From: Malacoraja senta
Lineage: Eukaryota
Assembly: GCA_038087875.1 (NCBI GenBank)
Contig: CM075990.1
Span: forward strand, 16,742,001 to 16,806,000
Direction: 5' to 3'
DNA length: 64,000 bases
Shown in pieces: positions 1-12,183 of the stretch. The number at the start of each line of letters is the position of its first letter. Positions within the stretch are counted from its first letter, which is position 1. The position numbers and the translations under genes were made by a program. Below the pieces are notes generated by a model. That model saw nothing but the letters and a program-made list of their open reading frames with translations. It was not told the DNA's origin and did not search any database.

Positions 1-96
1 TGAGCTGTTAATCACTTTTAATCAGCCTAATCACAAAATCTACTCCTCCAGAGAGGTGCGGCGAGTTTGCAGTACGGAGCAATTAATTGTTGCAGG

Positions 97-315
97 ATGG
101 AACTGCAAATGCTGGTTTACACCGAAGATTGACTCAAATTGTTAGAGTAACCCAGCGGGACAGGCAGCATCTCTGGAAAGAAGGAATGGGTGACGTTTTG
201 GGTTGAGACCCTTCTACAGACGAAGTAGAGTCTCGACCTGAAACGTCACCCATTCCTTCTCTCCAGAGATGCTGCCTGACCCGCTGAGTTACTCCAGCAT
301 TTTGTGTCTATCTTT
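97..315. mobile_element. Penelope-like element terminal fragments as an inverted pair
   Basis: Left arm GGAACTGCA...GGGTGACGTTTTGGGTTGAGACCCTTCT is the reverse complement of right arm GTCTCGACCTGAAACGTCACCCATTCC...TTTTGTGTCTATC; the same unit recurs throughout the window. Confidence 0.65.
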
Positions 316-2704
316 ATGCTGTGACATTGGTATTTTATTACTGTCACATCATACCGTCTATACGGTGAGAAGCTTTTGTTCTCATGCCATACAGTCCTAG
401 CCTGCTCAATCTCTCCCCTATAGCTCAGGCCCTCAAGTCCTGGCAACATCCTTGCAAATCATTTCTGCATTCATTGTGAAGCGTGTTTAGATTATATTTC
501 TTTGGGAGTTTTTTGTAATATGACCATTGAAAATACTATTGATATCATACAATACATGATGCCAGCCGTACACAGGTGCAAATAGTTCAAAGTGAAAAAT
601 GCCAGAGTGCAGAATATAGTGTAACATTGTAATAGCATTACGGTCACAGTGAAAGTGCAGATAAGAAAAAGTGTAAGGTCGGCAATGAGGTAGGTCGAGG
701 GATCAGAAATAGCACCCTAGCTTATGAGAAGACCGATCAGTAGTCGGATAACACCAGGGAAGAAGCTGTTTCTGAATCTAGTGGCACGTGCTTTCAAGCT
801 TTTTTATCTTCTGCCAGATAGGAGAGGGGGGAAGAAAGGGGGGGGTGGTAGAAGGTCCGTGATTATGTCGGCTGCTTTCCCGTGGCAGTGTGAAGTGTAG
901 ATGGGTCGATGGCAGAGAGTCTTGTCTGTGTGCGGCTTCTTGAAATCATCATTGAATGTTAGACTGATTTAGTGTCGACCTCAGCTGCATTTACTAATAC
1001 ACCCCGTCCCTGGATAATGAATGGGTTCTGTTATTACAGAGGTCCATAAGTTGATTATATCCATACGTCAGAAAGTAAACATCCACAGTGTTGTGATGAA
1101 TAGCATCAAAGCACGCAAGACTGAGAAGAAAGAACAATTACTAAAAGTGGAGAGAGCATGGAAACTAGTCCTGTCGATGATAGGAACTAGCGCACAAATG
1201 TCAGACATTTGAATGTAATAATATTGTGGGTGCTTGTTCGTGCGTAAGAGTGTCCAGAAGTCGGGGCTTCAAAACTTGGGGACAGCCTGTCTAGTGATAA
1301 CATTATTTAAAACCCAGTGCAGATTTTTTAAAAGCTCCAGTTTCACATGAATCCAATGCATTAAATGATGCGTGTTAAAGCCCTTGTGGTTTTCCAGTTA
1401 GCAACAACTGGAACTTGGAACAGTATAGCACAGGAACAGGCCCTTCGACCCACAATGTTTGTATCGAACATGATGCGAAATTAAACGGATCTCATCTGCG
1501 TGTACATGATCCATATCCCGCTAATCCCTGCACTTTCACATGCCTATCTTAAAGTCTATTAAATGCCACGATCCTATCTGACCACCACCACCCCAGCAGC
1601 ATATTCCAGGCCCCCACCACTCTCTGTGGAACAATAGTTTACGGCATCTCCATTAAACTTTCCCCCTCTCACATTATAGCTATTTCCGCTGGAGTTGGAC
1701 ATTTCTACCCCATCTGTGTCCGTCATGTCTCTTGGCTAACCATCCCTAGGAGGCAAACCACCATTGCTTTACACCGCATCTTAGAGCTGAAATACTCGTT
1801 CAGTTACAACAGGGATCCTGAGAAGCGTTCAGAAGATACCAATCCACCCCTAGCTGCCCGACCAGCAGCAATAAACACTGCTCCAACTGTGATTTACGGC
1901 ACTGTTAATATGAGGTTTCTCCAAGACAGGGATATGTGGCGATACTTAAATGAATTGGATTGACCTGCACAATTGCCTAGTCCACGTGCTGTAATCATTC
2001 ACTTCAGCTTTTGACCAGGAAACTAGACGAACAGTGACGTGACTCTAAAGTTGCTGATTGTCCTCATGGCCGAGCCTCAAGTCGCTGGCTTTTCCATGGA
2101 GCACAACATGACTGTAACCAGTCAGACAGTCAGAACCTTTAGCCCGGGGTGGCAATGTGAGAAACTAGAGGGCACAGCTTTAAGTCGAGAGGGGCAAAGT
2201 TTAAAGGAGAAGTTGTTTTGTTTAGACAGAAGGTGGTGAGTTCCTGGAACACGCTGCCATGGGTGGTGGTGGAGGCAGATGGAACAGTGGCATTTAAGCA
2301 GCTTTTAGGTTGACACATGATATGCGGGGATTGGTGACAATGGAGGGGTATGGATCACGTGCAGGCAGAGGAGACTCATTTAATTTGGCATCGTGTTCAG
2401 TGCGGACATTGCGGGCTGTCTGCAATGTCTGCCTCATCCCAAGGGTGGCGAATAGTTGCCCCTATTGCATAGGCCGTGTAGACTCTGGGGGGAGTTGACA
2501 GGACTTCAGGGAGAACAGGCTCCCAGGGAAAGTTAGTGGGGAATGGGATTGTGAGAGAAATGGGTGGGACACAAAGAGAGGAGGTTACCCAAAATTGCCG
2601 GATGGGTGGACAAAACTCAAAGATGAAAAGATAACAAAAGGTTATGAGATAGGGAGAGAAGAGGACTGGAGTCTTCCTGACTTTATGAAGCCCCAATAAC
2701 AACT

Positions 2705-3994
2705 GTGGAGAAGATGGAGCGAACCATAACTTCATACGTGAAGAAATGGCTCGGTGTCCCACGATGTCTAACTAACATCGGCCTCTATGGCAAAGGGGTC
2801 CTGGAACTACCTCTCACTAGTCTAACAGAGGAATATAAGTGTTCTAAAGTAAGACTCCAGATGACACTGAGGGACTCTAGAGACAAGATCATCAGTGCTG
2901 TTGCGCCGCCCCTAGCAACTGGCCGGAAGTGGACACCATCTGATGCAGTACAGCAAGCTTCATCAGCCCTGAGGCACAAAGACATAGTGGGGCAAGTCCA
3001 GCAGGGAAGAGGAGGCTTTGGCCTTACGACAAGTAAACCAACTTGGCGAAAGGCCACAACATCAGAGCGGAGGACGTTGGTGGTTGAGGAGGTGCGGCGA
3101 CAGGAGGAGGCCGCAAGAAGTGCAAAGGCGGTCTCTCTTGCCAAGCAGGGGCAATGGATGCAGTGGGAAGGTGTGGAGCGGAGGAAGATCAGCTGGAAAG
3201 AACTATGGGAAATGGAAGCAAGCAAGATCAGCTTCATCATCAGAGCGACATATGACGTGCTTCCATCACCAAAGAACCTCCATCAGTGGTACGGCGAGGA
3301 TCCAACCTGTGCCATCTGCCCAACTCCAGCGACCCTCAAACACATCATGGTAGGCTGCAAGACCAGCCTCACGCAAGGGAGATACACGTGGCGGCATAAT
3401 CAGGTACTAAAAAGCCTGGCATCAGCCCTTGAGAACAGGCGGTGTGCGACCAACTCCTTGCCTCCGAGAGCAAGCAACCCTCCCCTAAGGGTAATAACCT
3501 TTGTCCGAGAAGGACAGAAAACTTCTAAACTTCCTTCCACCAGATCAGAAGAAGGAAGCCAATGCAGGGCCCGTGACTGGAGGATGCTGGCGGACATCGG
3601 CCGACAACTAATTTTTCCACCTGAAATTGCTTCCACCACCCTCAGGCCAGACTTGGTGTTCTGGTCCCCTTCACAGAAGACTGCTTACATCATAGAGCTC
3701 ACAGTTCCATGGGAGAACTCTGTTGAGGAGGCCTATGAGCGTAAGAAGCTGCGCTACGCAGAGCTTGCAGCAGAGGCAACGCAGCGTGGCTGGAACACCA
3801 AAGTCTATCCAGTTGAAGTGGGATGCAGAGGATTTGTTGCGTCATCTACCATCAGACTGCTGAAGGAGCTTGGAATCCACGGTCAGGCTCTGCGGAAGAC
3901 CATAAGATCACTCTCAGAGGCGGCTGAAAGAAGCAGCCGGTGGATTTGGCTCAAGCGGAAAGACCCATGCTGGGCCCCAAGTATGTCGGGGTGA
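2705..3994 (+). CDS. C-terminal part of retrotransposon polyprotein: post-RT region, CCHC zinc knuckle and restriction-like endonuclease (RT core lost by truncation)
   Basis: CAIC...LKHIMVGC zinc knuckle, RYTWRHNQVL, RPDLV...IELTVPWE...ERKKLRY PD-(D/E)xK motif; uninterrupted 429 codons. Confidence 0.85.
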   Translation: MEKMERTITSYVKKWLGVPRCLTNIGLYGKGVLELPLTSLTEEYKCSKVRLQMTLRDSRDKIISAVAPPLATGRKWTPSDAVQQASSALRHKDIVGQVQQGRGGFGLTTSKPTWRKATTSERRTLVVEEVRRQEEAARSAKAVSLAKQGQWMQWEGVERRKISWKELWEMEASKISFIIRATYDVLPSPKNLHQWYGEDPTCAICPTPATLKHIMVGCKTSLTQGRYTWRHNQVLKSLASALENRRCATNSLPPRASNPPLRVITFVREGQKTSKLPSTRSEEGSQCRARDWRMLADIGRQLIFPPEIASTTLRPDLVFWSPSQKTAYIIELTVPWENSVEEAYERKKLRYAELAAEATQRGWNTKVYPVEVGCRGFVASSTIRLLKELGIHGQALRKTIRSLSEAAERSSRWIWLKRKDPCWAPSMSG

Positions 3995-3995
3995 A

Positions 3996-4150
3996 TCTTT
4001 GGGACGGTTTGACACGGGACATGCGCTGAGGGTTGATCATCCTGCAGCGGGCCGCCCTTGTGGAGGGTGTATAGTGTTAAAAGGCCGAAACACCCAGTGA
4101 TGCAAGGGTACACTACTGATGATGTGTCCTGTGCCCAACTGTCCTGAAGG
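3996..4150 (+). ncRNA. Structured 3' UTR with a rearranged hammerhead-like core
   Basis: 28-bp enclosing helix 3996-4023/4123-4150; GGGUGUA 4065-4071, GAAACACCC 4087-4095, ACACUA-CUGAUGA 4110-4122. Confidence 0.55.
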
Positions 4151-5254
4151 TTACCCCCCCCACCCCCCCCCCCCCGATGTTGAGCGTCTACCACTCTCAA
4201 CAATCAACGAATGTCGTGAAATGCTCCCCACCTATTGGCACAAGGGACTTCTTAACATCTTGTCCTGTGTATTTGATTCTGACAGGTTTTATATTCAATG
4301 TCAAGAGTTTTGCTGTATATTTCAAGGGTATGTTGTTTGTTCCAGAGCTGCTGTTTCCTCCAATTTGCACTGGGCCTCACCCTGACAATGGAGGAGGCCC
4401 AGGACAGAAAGGTAGGATTGGGAATGGGAGGGGGGGTTGAAGTGCTGAGCAACCGGGAGATCAGGTAGGTTAGGGTGGACTGAGCGGAGGTGTTCAGTGA
4501 AACGATCACCGAGCCTGCGCTTGGTCTCGCCGATGTAGAGAAGTTATGTAAATAAGTTACATGTTTTGTTCTGGGGAGGAAAAACAAAATCACTCGCATC
4601 CATCAACCGGGTGTCAAGATGGCTGTTTCCATCAGCCTTTACATCAACATTTCACAAAGTTGAAACAACCCTTCCAATCAAACTCCCTGGAAACCTCTGG
4701 GCAAGGAAGAAAAAATGAATCAAAGTTCACATAAATTTCTGCAGCACTGGCCACAAAGCCTCCACAAAAATAAAATAGGAAAGGGGAAATGAAAGGAAAT
4801 TGAAAGCAGCCAGAAAAAAACTGAAGGGCACAAGCCAGAGTGGGTAGTTGAGGCTAGGACTATCCCATTGTTTAAGAAACAGTTGGACAGGTACATGGAT
4901 AGGACAGGTTTGGAGGGGATATGGATCAAGTGCAAGCAAGTGGGACTAGTGTAGTTGGGACATTGTTAGCCAGTATGGGCGAGTTGGGCCGAAGGGCCAG
5001 TTTCCACACTGTATCACTCTATGACTCTATGTGTTGTGACAGAAAATAGAATGAAGTGGGCAAAGACAAGAGGCAGTGGAATGGATGAAAGACACAATAC
5101 AATACAAACACAATAGGGCAAGTAGTCTTCGTGTCCATGTTCTATGCTCACTGGAGTTCGCCAATGAACCAAACATGTTTTTACAACAAACTAGTAGCTT
5201 TATTATCACCACTCTTGATGCCATTTTTTTAAATCACAGTTTGAATTAGGGGTA

Positions 5255-5555
5255 TCACGAACCAGAGGACATAGGTTTAAGGTGAGGGGGAAAAGTTTTA
5301 ATAGAAACCTAAGGAGCAACTTTGTTTACCCAAAGAGTGGTGGGTGTATGGAACGAGCTGCCGGAGGAGGTGGGTTTGAGGCAGGTACTATCACAAAGTT
5401 TGAAAATCATTTGGACAGGTACATGGAAAGGACAGGTTTAGAGGGACTTGGGCCAAACGCAGGCTGGCTGGTGGGACTAGTGTGGATGGGGCATGTTGGT
5501 CGGCATGGGCAAGTTTGGGCAAAGGACCTGTTTCCACGCTGTATGGCTCTATGAG
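5255..5555 (+). mobile_element. CR1/HER1 LINE 3' fragment
   Basis: RTRGHRFK..FNRNLRSNF..WNELP-type coding remnant and GGGC..AAGGACCTGTTTCC tail. Confidence 0.7.
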
Positions 5556-5739
5556 TTAATGACTTAATTTTAAATTAATGAACAGCACTGTGGGATCTGA
5601 ACGTAGCTCCAAATCAATACTCAAGGCCACTGGGTGCACACAGCCCTGTATCTAATCACCAGGTTACCATACCTACTATTGGCCATGAATCTCTGTTGGC
5701 CTCAAAACACAAGGGACACATTCAGCTTTGTTCAGGAGT

Positions 5740-6178
5740 TATCGTCGTGGTGGCTATCCCTCAAGGTTGAGGATGATGGTCTACGTTCTGTTGTTTTTAT
5801 GGACCCTCAGGTGGCTTATGAGTCAATGTGCTGCTCACAGAACGAAGACGCCTGTGCGTGTGTTTGTTACCGTGTACTTGATGTTGCACTCCAAGAAGCA
5901 CACGGTCCTTCACAAATCAATCAACTCATTCCAATGGCAAGGGAACCAAGACAATTGGAGCCGATAGATCCGTTGCAGCCTTCATCCGCCTTCACAGCAT
6001 TGAGTTCAAGATAACTTTGTCCGCCTGGTCCGCCGTTGAGGTCTTGCAGGTTGGATCGTTCTTAGTCTGGACCCTCATCCTCCACCTTACCGCCATGGGT
6101 GGCCCGACCAGAAGCTGGTGCTTCCGACGGCAATCATGGGGTCACGCAAGCCTCTTCACCATGACACGGTAAACGATC
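5740..6178 (-). mobile_element. Non-autonomous bipartite RTE-derived element
   Basis: Minus strand starts with an RTE-type 5' motif (ACCGTGTCATGGTGAAGAGGCTTGCGTG) and ends with an RTE-type 3' motif (ATCATCCTCAACCTTGAGGGATAGCCACCACGACGA). Assignment is from recall. Confidence 0.5.
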
Positions 6179-6414
6179 ACGACCATAGGAGACCTCTCAC
6201 GACCATACAGGCGACCCCTGGCGACATGTTGCGGGCGACCTCTCACAACCATAGGAGACCTCTCACAACCATACAACCTAAGGTCGTGAGAGGTCTCCAA
6301 AGAGTCGTAGCATCTTTCTGGTCGCTGCTGAATTTTCAACATGTTGAAAATTCCGGTGACCTATGACGCGTGCCGGCAGTCGCCTGTAAAGGTCGCGTAA
6401 GTGGGACAGGCCCT
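6179..6414. mobile_element. PIF/Harbinger-type MITE, partial (one TIR)
   Basis: Right TIR GTGGGACAGGCCCT followed by TAA; 24-bp internal palindrome at 6330-6353. Confidence 0.6.
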
Positions 6415-7323
6415 TAACTCATCGGGTCTGACAGCATCGCTGGAGAACATGATGGGTTACTCCAATACTTTGTATCTTTCATTGTGAACCAGCACCTGCA
6501 GTTCCATTTACTACACTTGTGTGCTTTGCACCCACTCTTTGCTTGTGCTCCTGGTCGAAAGCTCTTGAGGTGCTAAGAATATGAATAATAAAGAGGATTT
6601 ATCCTGGGAAATAGGTGCCAATGCTTGTCACAAGTGGGGAATAGAAAGGGAGTGCAAATTAATTGAGCAGCTCATGAAGCAGCACTTGAAACATCATTCG
6701 ATGTTCATTGCATACTCCGTGGAGAAACCTGTTGCAAATCCTGCAGACTGCAAATGATTCCACTGAATAGGGGCTCACCTAAACTTCTCATGTGCAAAAA
6801 GTATTCTGCTCAGTGCACCCAACTGTAAAATCAGCCTGCTCTTCTAACGTGCACTGATGTAGAAATGACTGTGTAACATGGAGACTTAAAGGTAGAATTA
6901 TTTAGAGTGGAAAAGCTCACCAATGTAAGGACATCATTGATTCCCATGCAGGGCGGCACAGTGGTGCAATTAGTGCAGCTACCGCCTCACACGACAGTGA
7001 CCTAGGTCCCACCCTAGCCTCGGGTGCTGTCTGTGGGGAGTTTGCCCGTTCGCACTGCAATCGGGGGGAATTTCCCACGAGCACTTCTCATTCCACCTAC
7101 ATTCCAAGGACATGAGGGTTGGTCGGCTTATTAGCCATTATTAAATTAGGGGTGGAATTCAATAAATAACGCCCAGGATTAGTGCAAATGGGTGGCTGAT
7201 GGTCAGCATGGACTCGATGGGCCAAAGGGTTGGTTTCCATGCTGATTCCGCAAGTTGGTGGTCCATGTTATAATATGCGATCGCTATCTTTCTGCAACAA
7301 ATCGTGACCTCCAATGATGCTAA

Positions 7324-7466
7324 TTCTTCTTCCCCTTCTTGCGTATGGCGTGCACAGCCTAAAGTTGAAGGGCAACTTGTTCTATTTGATCTTATGTGAT
7401 TGAGCACGCTGGGTTGATTGCATTCCTCGAAACAGGGCGGGCCATGTGAAGGTTGCAATCTCCCAC
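7324..7466 (-). mobile_element. Ribozyme-headed short retroposon family A, copy 1 (degenerate)
   Basis: Same body and GAA tail as the other copies; lacks the first Gs of P1, catalytic C replaced by G, L3 UUCACAU. Confidence 0.8.
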
Positions 7467-9539
7467 ATGCTTTTAGAGTGACAATTAAAGTGATCTCCAC
7501 AGAACCATTGAGATGGGCAAAAATGGCTACCTTAACTTGTGATATTAATATCTTATTATTCTCACGTACTGAGATAGAGTGAAAAGCTTTTGTTTGCATG
7601 CTATCCGGTCAAATCACACCATACATCATGAGTACACTCAATCCATACATGGACAAAAAGTAGTGCGAAGAGAAAAATACCAAAGAGCAGAATTTAATGT
7701 TATAGTGTTCCAGTTGTAGAGAAAAGGTGCAACATCTGCAACGAGGTAGATTGGGAGCTGGGAATTACATCCCTGCTCAGTAGACGACCTTGCATTCATC
7801 TGATAACGGCAGGGAAGAAGCTGTTCCTCAGTCTGATGATATATGCTTTCAGATTTTTCATCTTCTGCCTGATGGGAGAGGGTATAACCAGGATCGATAG
7901 GGGAGTCAAGAACCAGAGGACAAAGGTTTAAGGTGAAAGTGGAAAGATTTAAAAGGAACCTAAGGGGCAACTTGTTCCACTCAGAGGGTGGTGGGTGTAT
8001 GGAACGAGCTGCCGGAGGGGGTAGTTGATGCAGGTACTATGACAGCATTTAAACAGACATTTGGACATGTACGTGGATGAGAAGGGTTTGAACAATAGAC
8101 AATAGGTGCAGGAGTAGGCCATTCAGCCCTTTGAGCCAGCACCGCCATTCAATGTGATCATGGCTGATCATCTGCAATCAGTACCCCGTTCCTGCCTTCT
8201 CCCCATATCCCCTGATTCCGCTATCTTTAAGAGCTCTATCTAACTCTCTCTTGAAAGCATCCAGAGAACCTGCCTCCACCGCCTTCTGAGGCAGAGAATT
8301 CCACAGACAGGGAGATATTGCCGAGGGCAGGCACGTGGACCATGTAGATGGGGCATCATGGTTGGTTTAATGCTGGTGTAACTAAAATAAATAGATCATA
8401 GAAACCATGTTATAATGACCCTAGTGTCTCAGAGTAATGTCCACAAAATATATCTGTAACAAGCCCCAGAATATCATTTTCACTAAAACATGTTTGGGCT
8501 ACACCAGATCTATATTTGCTGCCTGAAATGAGACAAAGCTTTAACCCAAGCATCCAAGTAGAATAATATTACAGAAGGCAAGTAATTCCTGAGATATACT
8601 GTTTCACTACATGTTACCCATTGCCCGGCATTCTGCCTCATATCAGGTGCTCATAGCGTTCAAGTCAATCATGAATATTTTAGGACTATGTTTTAAGGGA
8701 AATTCTCAGCATTCTTGTCATGAGATCAGAGAACAGAACAAGACATGAGCGTCACATGAATTCCCGCTCTTGAACAATATGCAACACTAACAAAAGCCCA
8801 TACAGTGGAGCAGCTGGTAGAGTCACTGCCTCATCGGACCAAAACACAGGTTCAATCCTGACCTCTGGTGCTTGCAGAGAAGGTTCAGTAAATTTATTAA
8901 CTTACCAGACCTTGAAAGCATGTACCATCAGATTGAGGAACAGCTTCTTCCCAGCTGTTATCAGACAACCTTCTTGCAGACATTGGACTTTATCTCTAGA
9001 ACTCTAACTCTACAATGTTGTAACATTCTAGTTTAGTTTACCGAGGTACAGTGAAAAGCTTTTGTTGCAGTCTGTATTATTCTGCAACCTGGTATTTTTT
9101 CTCATTGAACTACCTGTTGTACTGGATTGTGCAGACATAGTATTATCTGATTCAATTGGACAGCACAGCAAACAAAAGCTTATCACTGTAATAAACAGTG
9201 TCAGTAGTAAACCAATATCAACAATGAATGCGTGAAGTCAAAACCATCCTCATCTAATCCAGAACCAGGACATTTCATTGCAAAGATAGACACAAAGTGC
9301 TGGCGTAACTCAGCGAGTCAAGCAACATCTCTCGAGAAAATGGACATGACATTTTGTGTCAGGACCCTTCTTCAGACTGATTGTAGCAGGGGAGAGCGTG
9401 CGCCCAGAGGAAACCCACGTGGTCACAGGGAGAGTGTGCAAACTCCACACAGACAGTCTGAAGAAGGGTCTCGACCCAAAACGTCACCTATTCCTTTTCT
9501 CCAGAGATGCTGCCTGAATCGCTGAGTTACACCAGCAAG

Positions 9540-9832
9540 AAGAACAGAACAAATCAGAGCCGCAACAGATAACCTGTTGCGATGTATTCCTTCCAATTTG
9601 AGATACCAGCTACTAAGACAGAAGTGTACAGCAATTCATTCTTCCACCACACAATTAAAGCATGGAATAATCTTCACCCAACCATAATTACCCAGCCAGA
9701 CGCAACTACATTTAAGGTAGCTCTTTTTTCCTCCAAGAACCCTTTTTTGATTAAGTCCACCCTCCTCCACCTCCAGTTTGAATACCATTTGGAATATTTT
9801 TGGAGGACCAGGAAACCAAGAACAAGAACACA
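9540..9832 (+). mobile_element. LINE 3' end (CR1/L2 group, Crack/Daphne-like)
   Basis: FQFEIPATKTEVYSNSFFHHTIKAWNNL C-terminal LINE motif; CAAGAA-repeat tail. Confidence 0.6.
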
Positions 9833-10688
9833 AGACCTCAGGCAAGGAGGTTCCCCAATAGGCCATGGAAGTGAAAAAACAGGACAAGCAGGGCCGGCAA
9901 CTTTTGTCTATCTTTGGTATAAACCAACATCTGCAGTTCCTTTTTTATAAAAATCTTTTGTAACAACTTTCTTCTCGGTAATTGTCTACAGTGGACGAAC
10001 CACTGATGTAAATTAAATGTACAAATGCTCACTAGCTTAAAGCAAACATACAGCCTACCAAGCAGATGGTTGTTAATTAGATATTGGCAGGGCCCAGCAT
10101 GGTTGTGGCAACCACTTTCCTCTTGGTCTATTAACCGGTTGCAAAAAATTAACTTTGCAAATCACCCATGTGGTGTTGTTGGTTAATTCCATTACGAACC
10201 GGTATCTACAGGAGTGTAGAGAAGCAAGGTGACCTGATATGTCAGTGTGCTTCAGAGGACAGCCACCATTTAAGATTGGCTCAGTAACCCCAGCAAGAGC
10301 CACCGGCCTCACAGTCCAGCGACAAATACTGTGATACCAACTCAAAGAGAAGGATGCTCGACAAGAACGTGGCATCTTTTGGATGAGGTTTAGGGTTAGG
10401 GTTATTGTGGTCACATGTACCAAAGTACAGTGAAAAAGCTTTGTTTTGCATGCTATCCAATCAAATCAAACAATACTGTACATAAATACAATCGTCAAAC
10501 TCAAATACAATAGGTAGAGTGATGGGAAGGATTGAGGTTACAGAATATAATTCTCAGCATTGTAGCGCATCAGTTCGAAAGACAAAGTCCAATGTCCGCA
10601 ATGAGGTAGAGGTGAATCTAGCTTATGGAAAGACCGTTCAGAAGTCTGATAACAGAGGGGAAGAAGCTGTTCCTGAGTCTATGGTGTT

Positions 10689-10806
10689 GGGGTGGGAGAT
10701 TGCAACCTTCACGTGGTCCACCCCTGTTTCGACAAATGCAATCCACACAAATAGAACAAGTTGTCCTACAACTGTAGGCTGTGCACGCCATACGCAAGAA
10801 GAAGAA
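10689..10806 (+). mobile_element. Ribozyme-headed short retroposon family A, copy 2
   Basis: Starts at GGGGTGG (predicted G1), (GAA)n tail, 14-bp TSD GAGTCTATGGTGTT at 10675-10688 and 10807-10820; internal deletion after the ribozyme. Confidence 0.85.
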
Positions 10807-11874
10807 GAGTCTATGGTGTTGTTGCACAAAAGTAAAGGAAAAGAACACAGTGAGCAAGATGGAAGAATAGATGGAATCAAAGAAGCCATCGGTCCATCTC
10901 TGCATCAACTTCAGGATCTCCTGTCCAAGATGTGTTTAGAGATACAGCATGGAACCTGGCCCTTCAGCCCACCAAATCCCAAAGACCACCAATCACCCGT
11001 TCACATTCATTTGATGTCTTACTACTTTCTCATCTATTTCCTACACACTATTTTACAGAGTTCAATAGTTGATGTACACATGTCATTCAAACACAGCTGG
11101 TCTATGAACTGGATTGTTATCAATTCCCAAGAATGAAATGGCAGCCAGGTTTTCAACCTTTCACCCGAGTACTTGTTTACTTTTCATAATTCAGGACCTC
11201 AATTTGAATTTGATCCATCAACCCATTAGGCCGAGTCTTTTCATTAGGTCGGCATGAACCAGTTGGGCCGAAGGGCTTGTGTCCGTGCTGCATGAGTCCA
11301 TGACTAATTGGCTCTGCATAAGATGTTAAATAAGTTAGCAATTTACATCTGCTGGAATGATTCAGGAACATTTTGCAACTTTTTGTGTAAATTATACAAC
11401 CAAAAATAAATTATAATAAACTGGGAGGGGGGGGGGAGGAAGTGAAGGTACAATTGAGGAAATATTTCATTAGAAAGTCTACATGACCACTTACATAAAG
11501 TGAATTTCACACTCTGCACCTTTGTTCATTGCCCTCAATAAGCCTCCTATCATATAACAACAAGGAACTGCAGTTTATACAAAAGACGCAAAATGATGGA
11601 GTAACTCAGCGGGTCAGGCAGCATCTCTGGAGAACATGGATAGGTGATGTTGCAGGTCGGGACCCCTCTTCAGTCTTGAGAGCCTGGCAACTCTTGCATA
11701 TGGTCTCAGTGGGCTATTTCTAAACAGTTTCTACTTAAACTGGGATTGTACTTATGTATGGTATTATTTTACTGAACAGTATGCAAAAAGAGAATTTCAC
11801 TGTACATCAATACCTCATAATGATTCAAAAAACTTTACCCCAGCCCTGCATGAACACAAGACTTGGCCATCTTG

Positions 11875-12183
11875 TTTAGTTTAGAGATACAGCACGGAAA
11901 CAGGCACCGGGCCCACCGAGTCCGCACCGACCAGCGATCCCCGCACACTAACACTATCCTACACAAACTAGGGACGATTTGCACTTATACCATGCCAATT
12001 AACCTACAGACCTGTCCATCTTTGGAGTGTGGGAGGAAACCGAAGATCCCAGAGAAAACCCACGCGGTCATGGGGAGAACGTACAAACTCCGAACAGACA
12101 GCACCCGTAGTCGGGATCGAACCCGGGTCTCTGCCGCTGCAAGCGCTGTAAGGCAGCAACTCTACCGCTGCGCCACCGTGGCC
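11875..12183 (-). mobile_element. HE1-type tRNA-derived V-SINE
   Basis: A box GGTGGCGCAGCGG, B box GGTTCGATCC, V-domain TCCTCCCACACTCCAAAGA, CR1-like tail with (CTAAA)n. Confidence 0.8.

Larger units (their letters stand above)
2681..4278 (+). mobile_element. 5'-truncated RLE-type non-LTR retrotransposon, HERO-like clade
   Basis: Open frame from 2681 (LYEAPITTVEKMERTITSYVKKWLGVPRCL) to stop at 3994, followed by a structured 3' UTR. Possible short TSD CTGAC at 2677-2681 and 4279-4283 (weak). Confidence 0.8.

Noticed and set aside
10519..11136. 205-aa ORF
   Set aside because: Chance read-through of adjacent repeat fragments, including a family A copy
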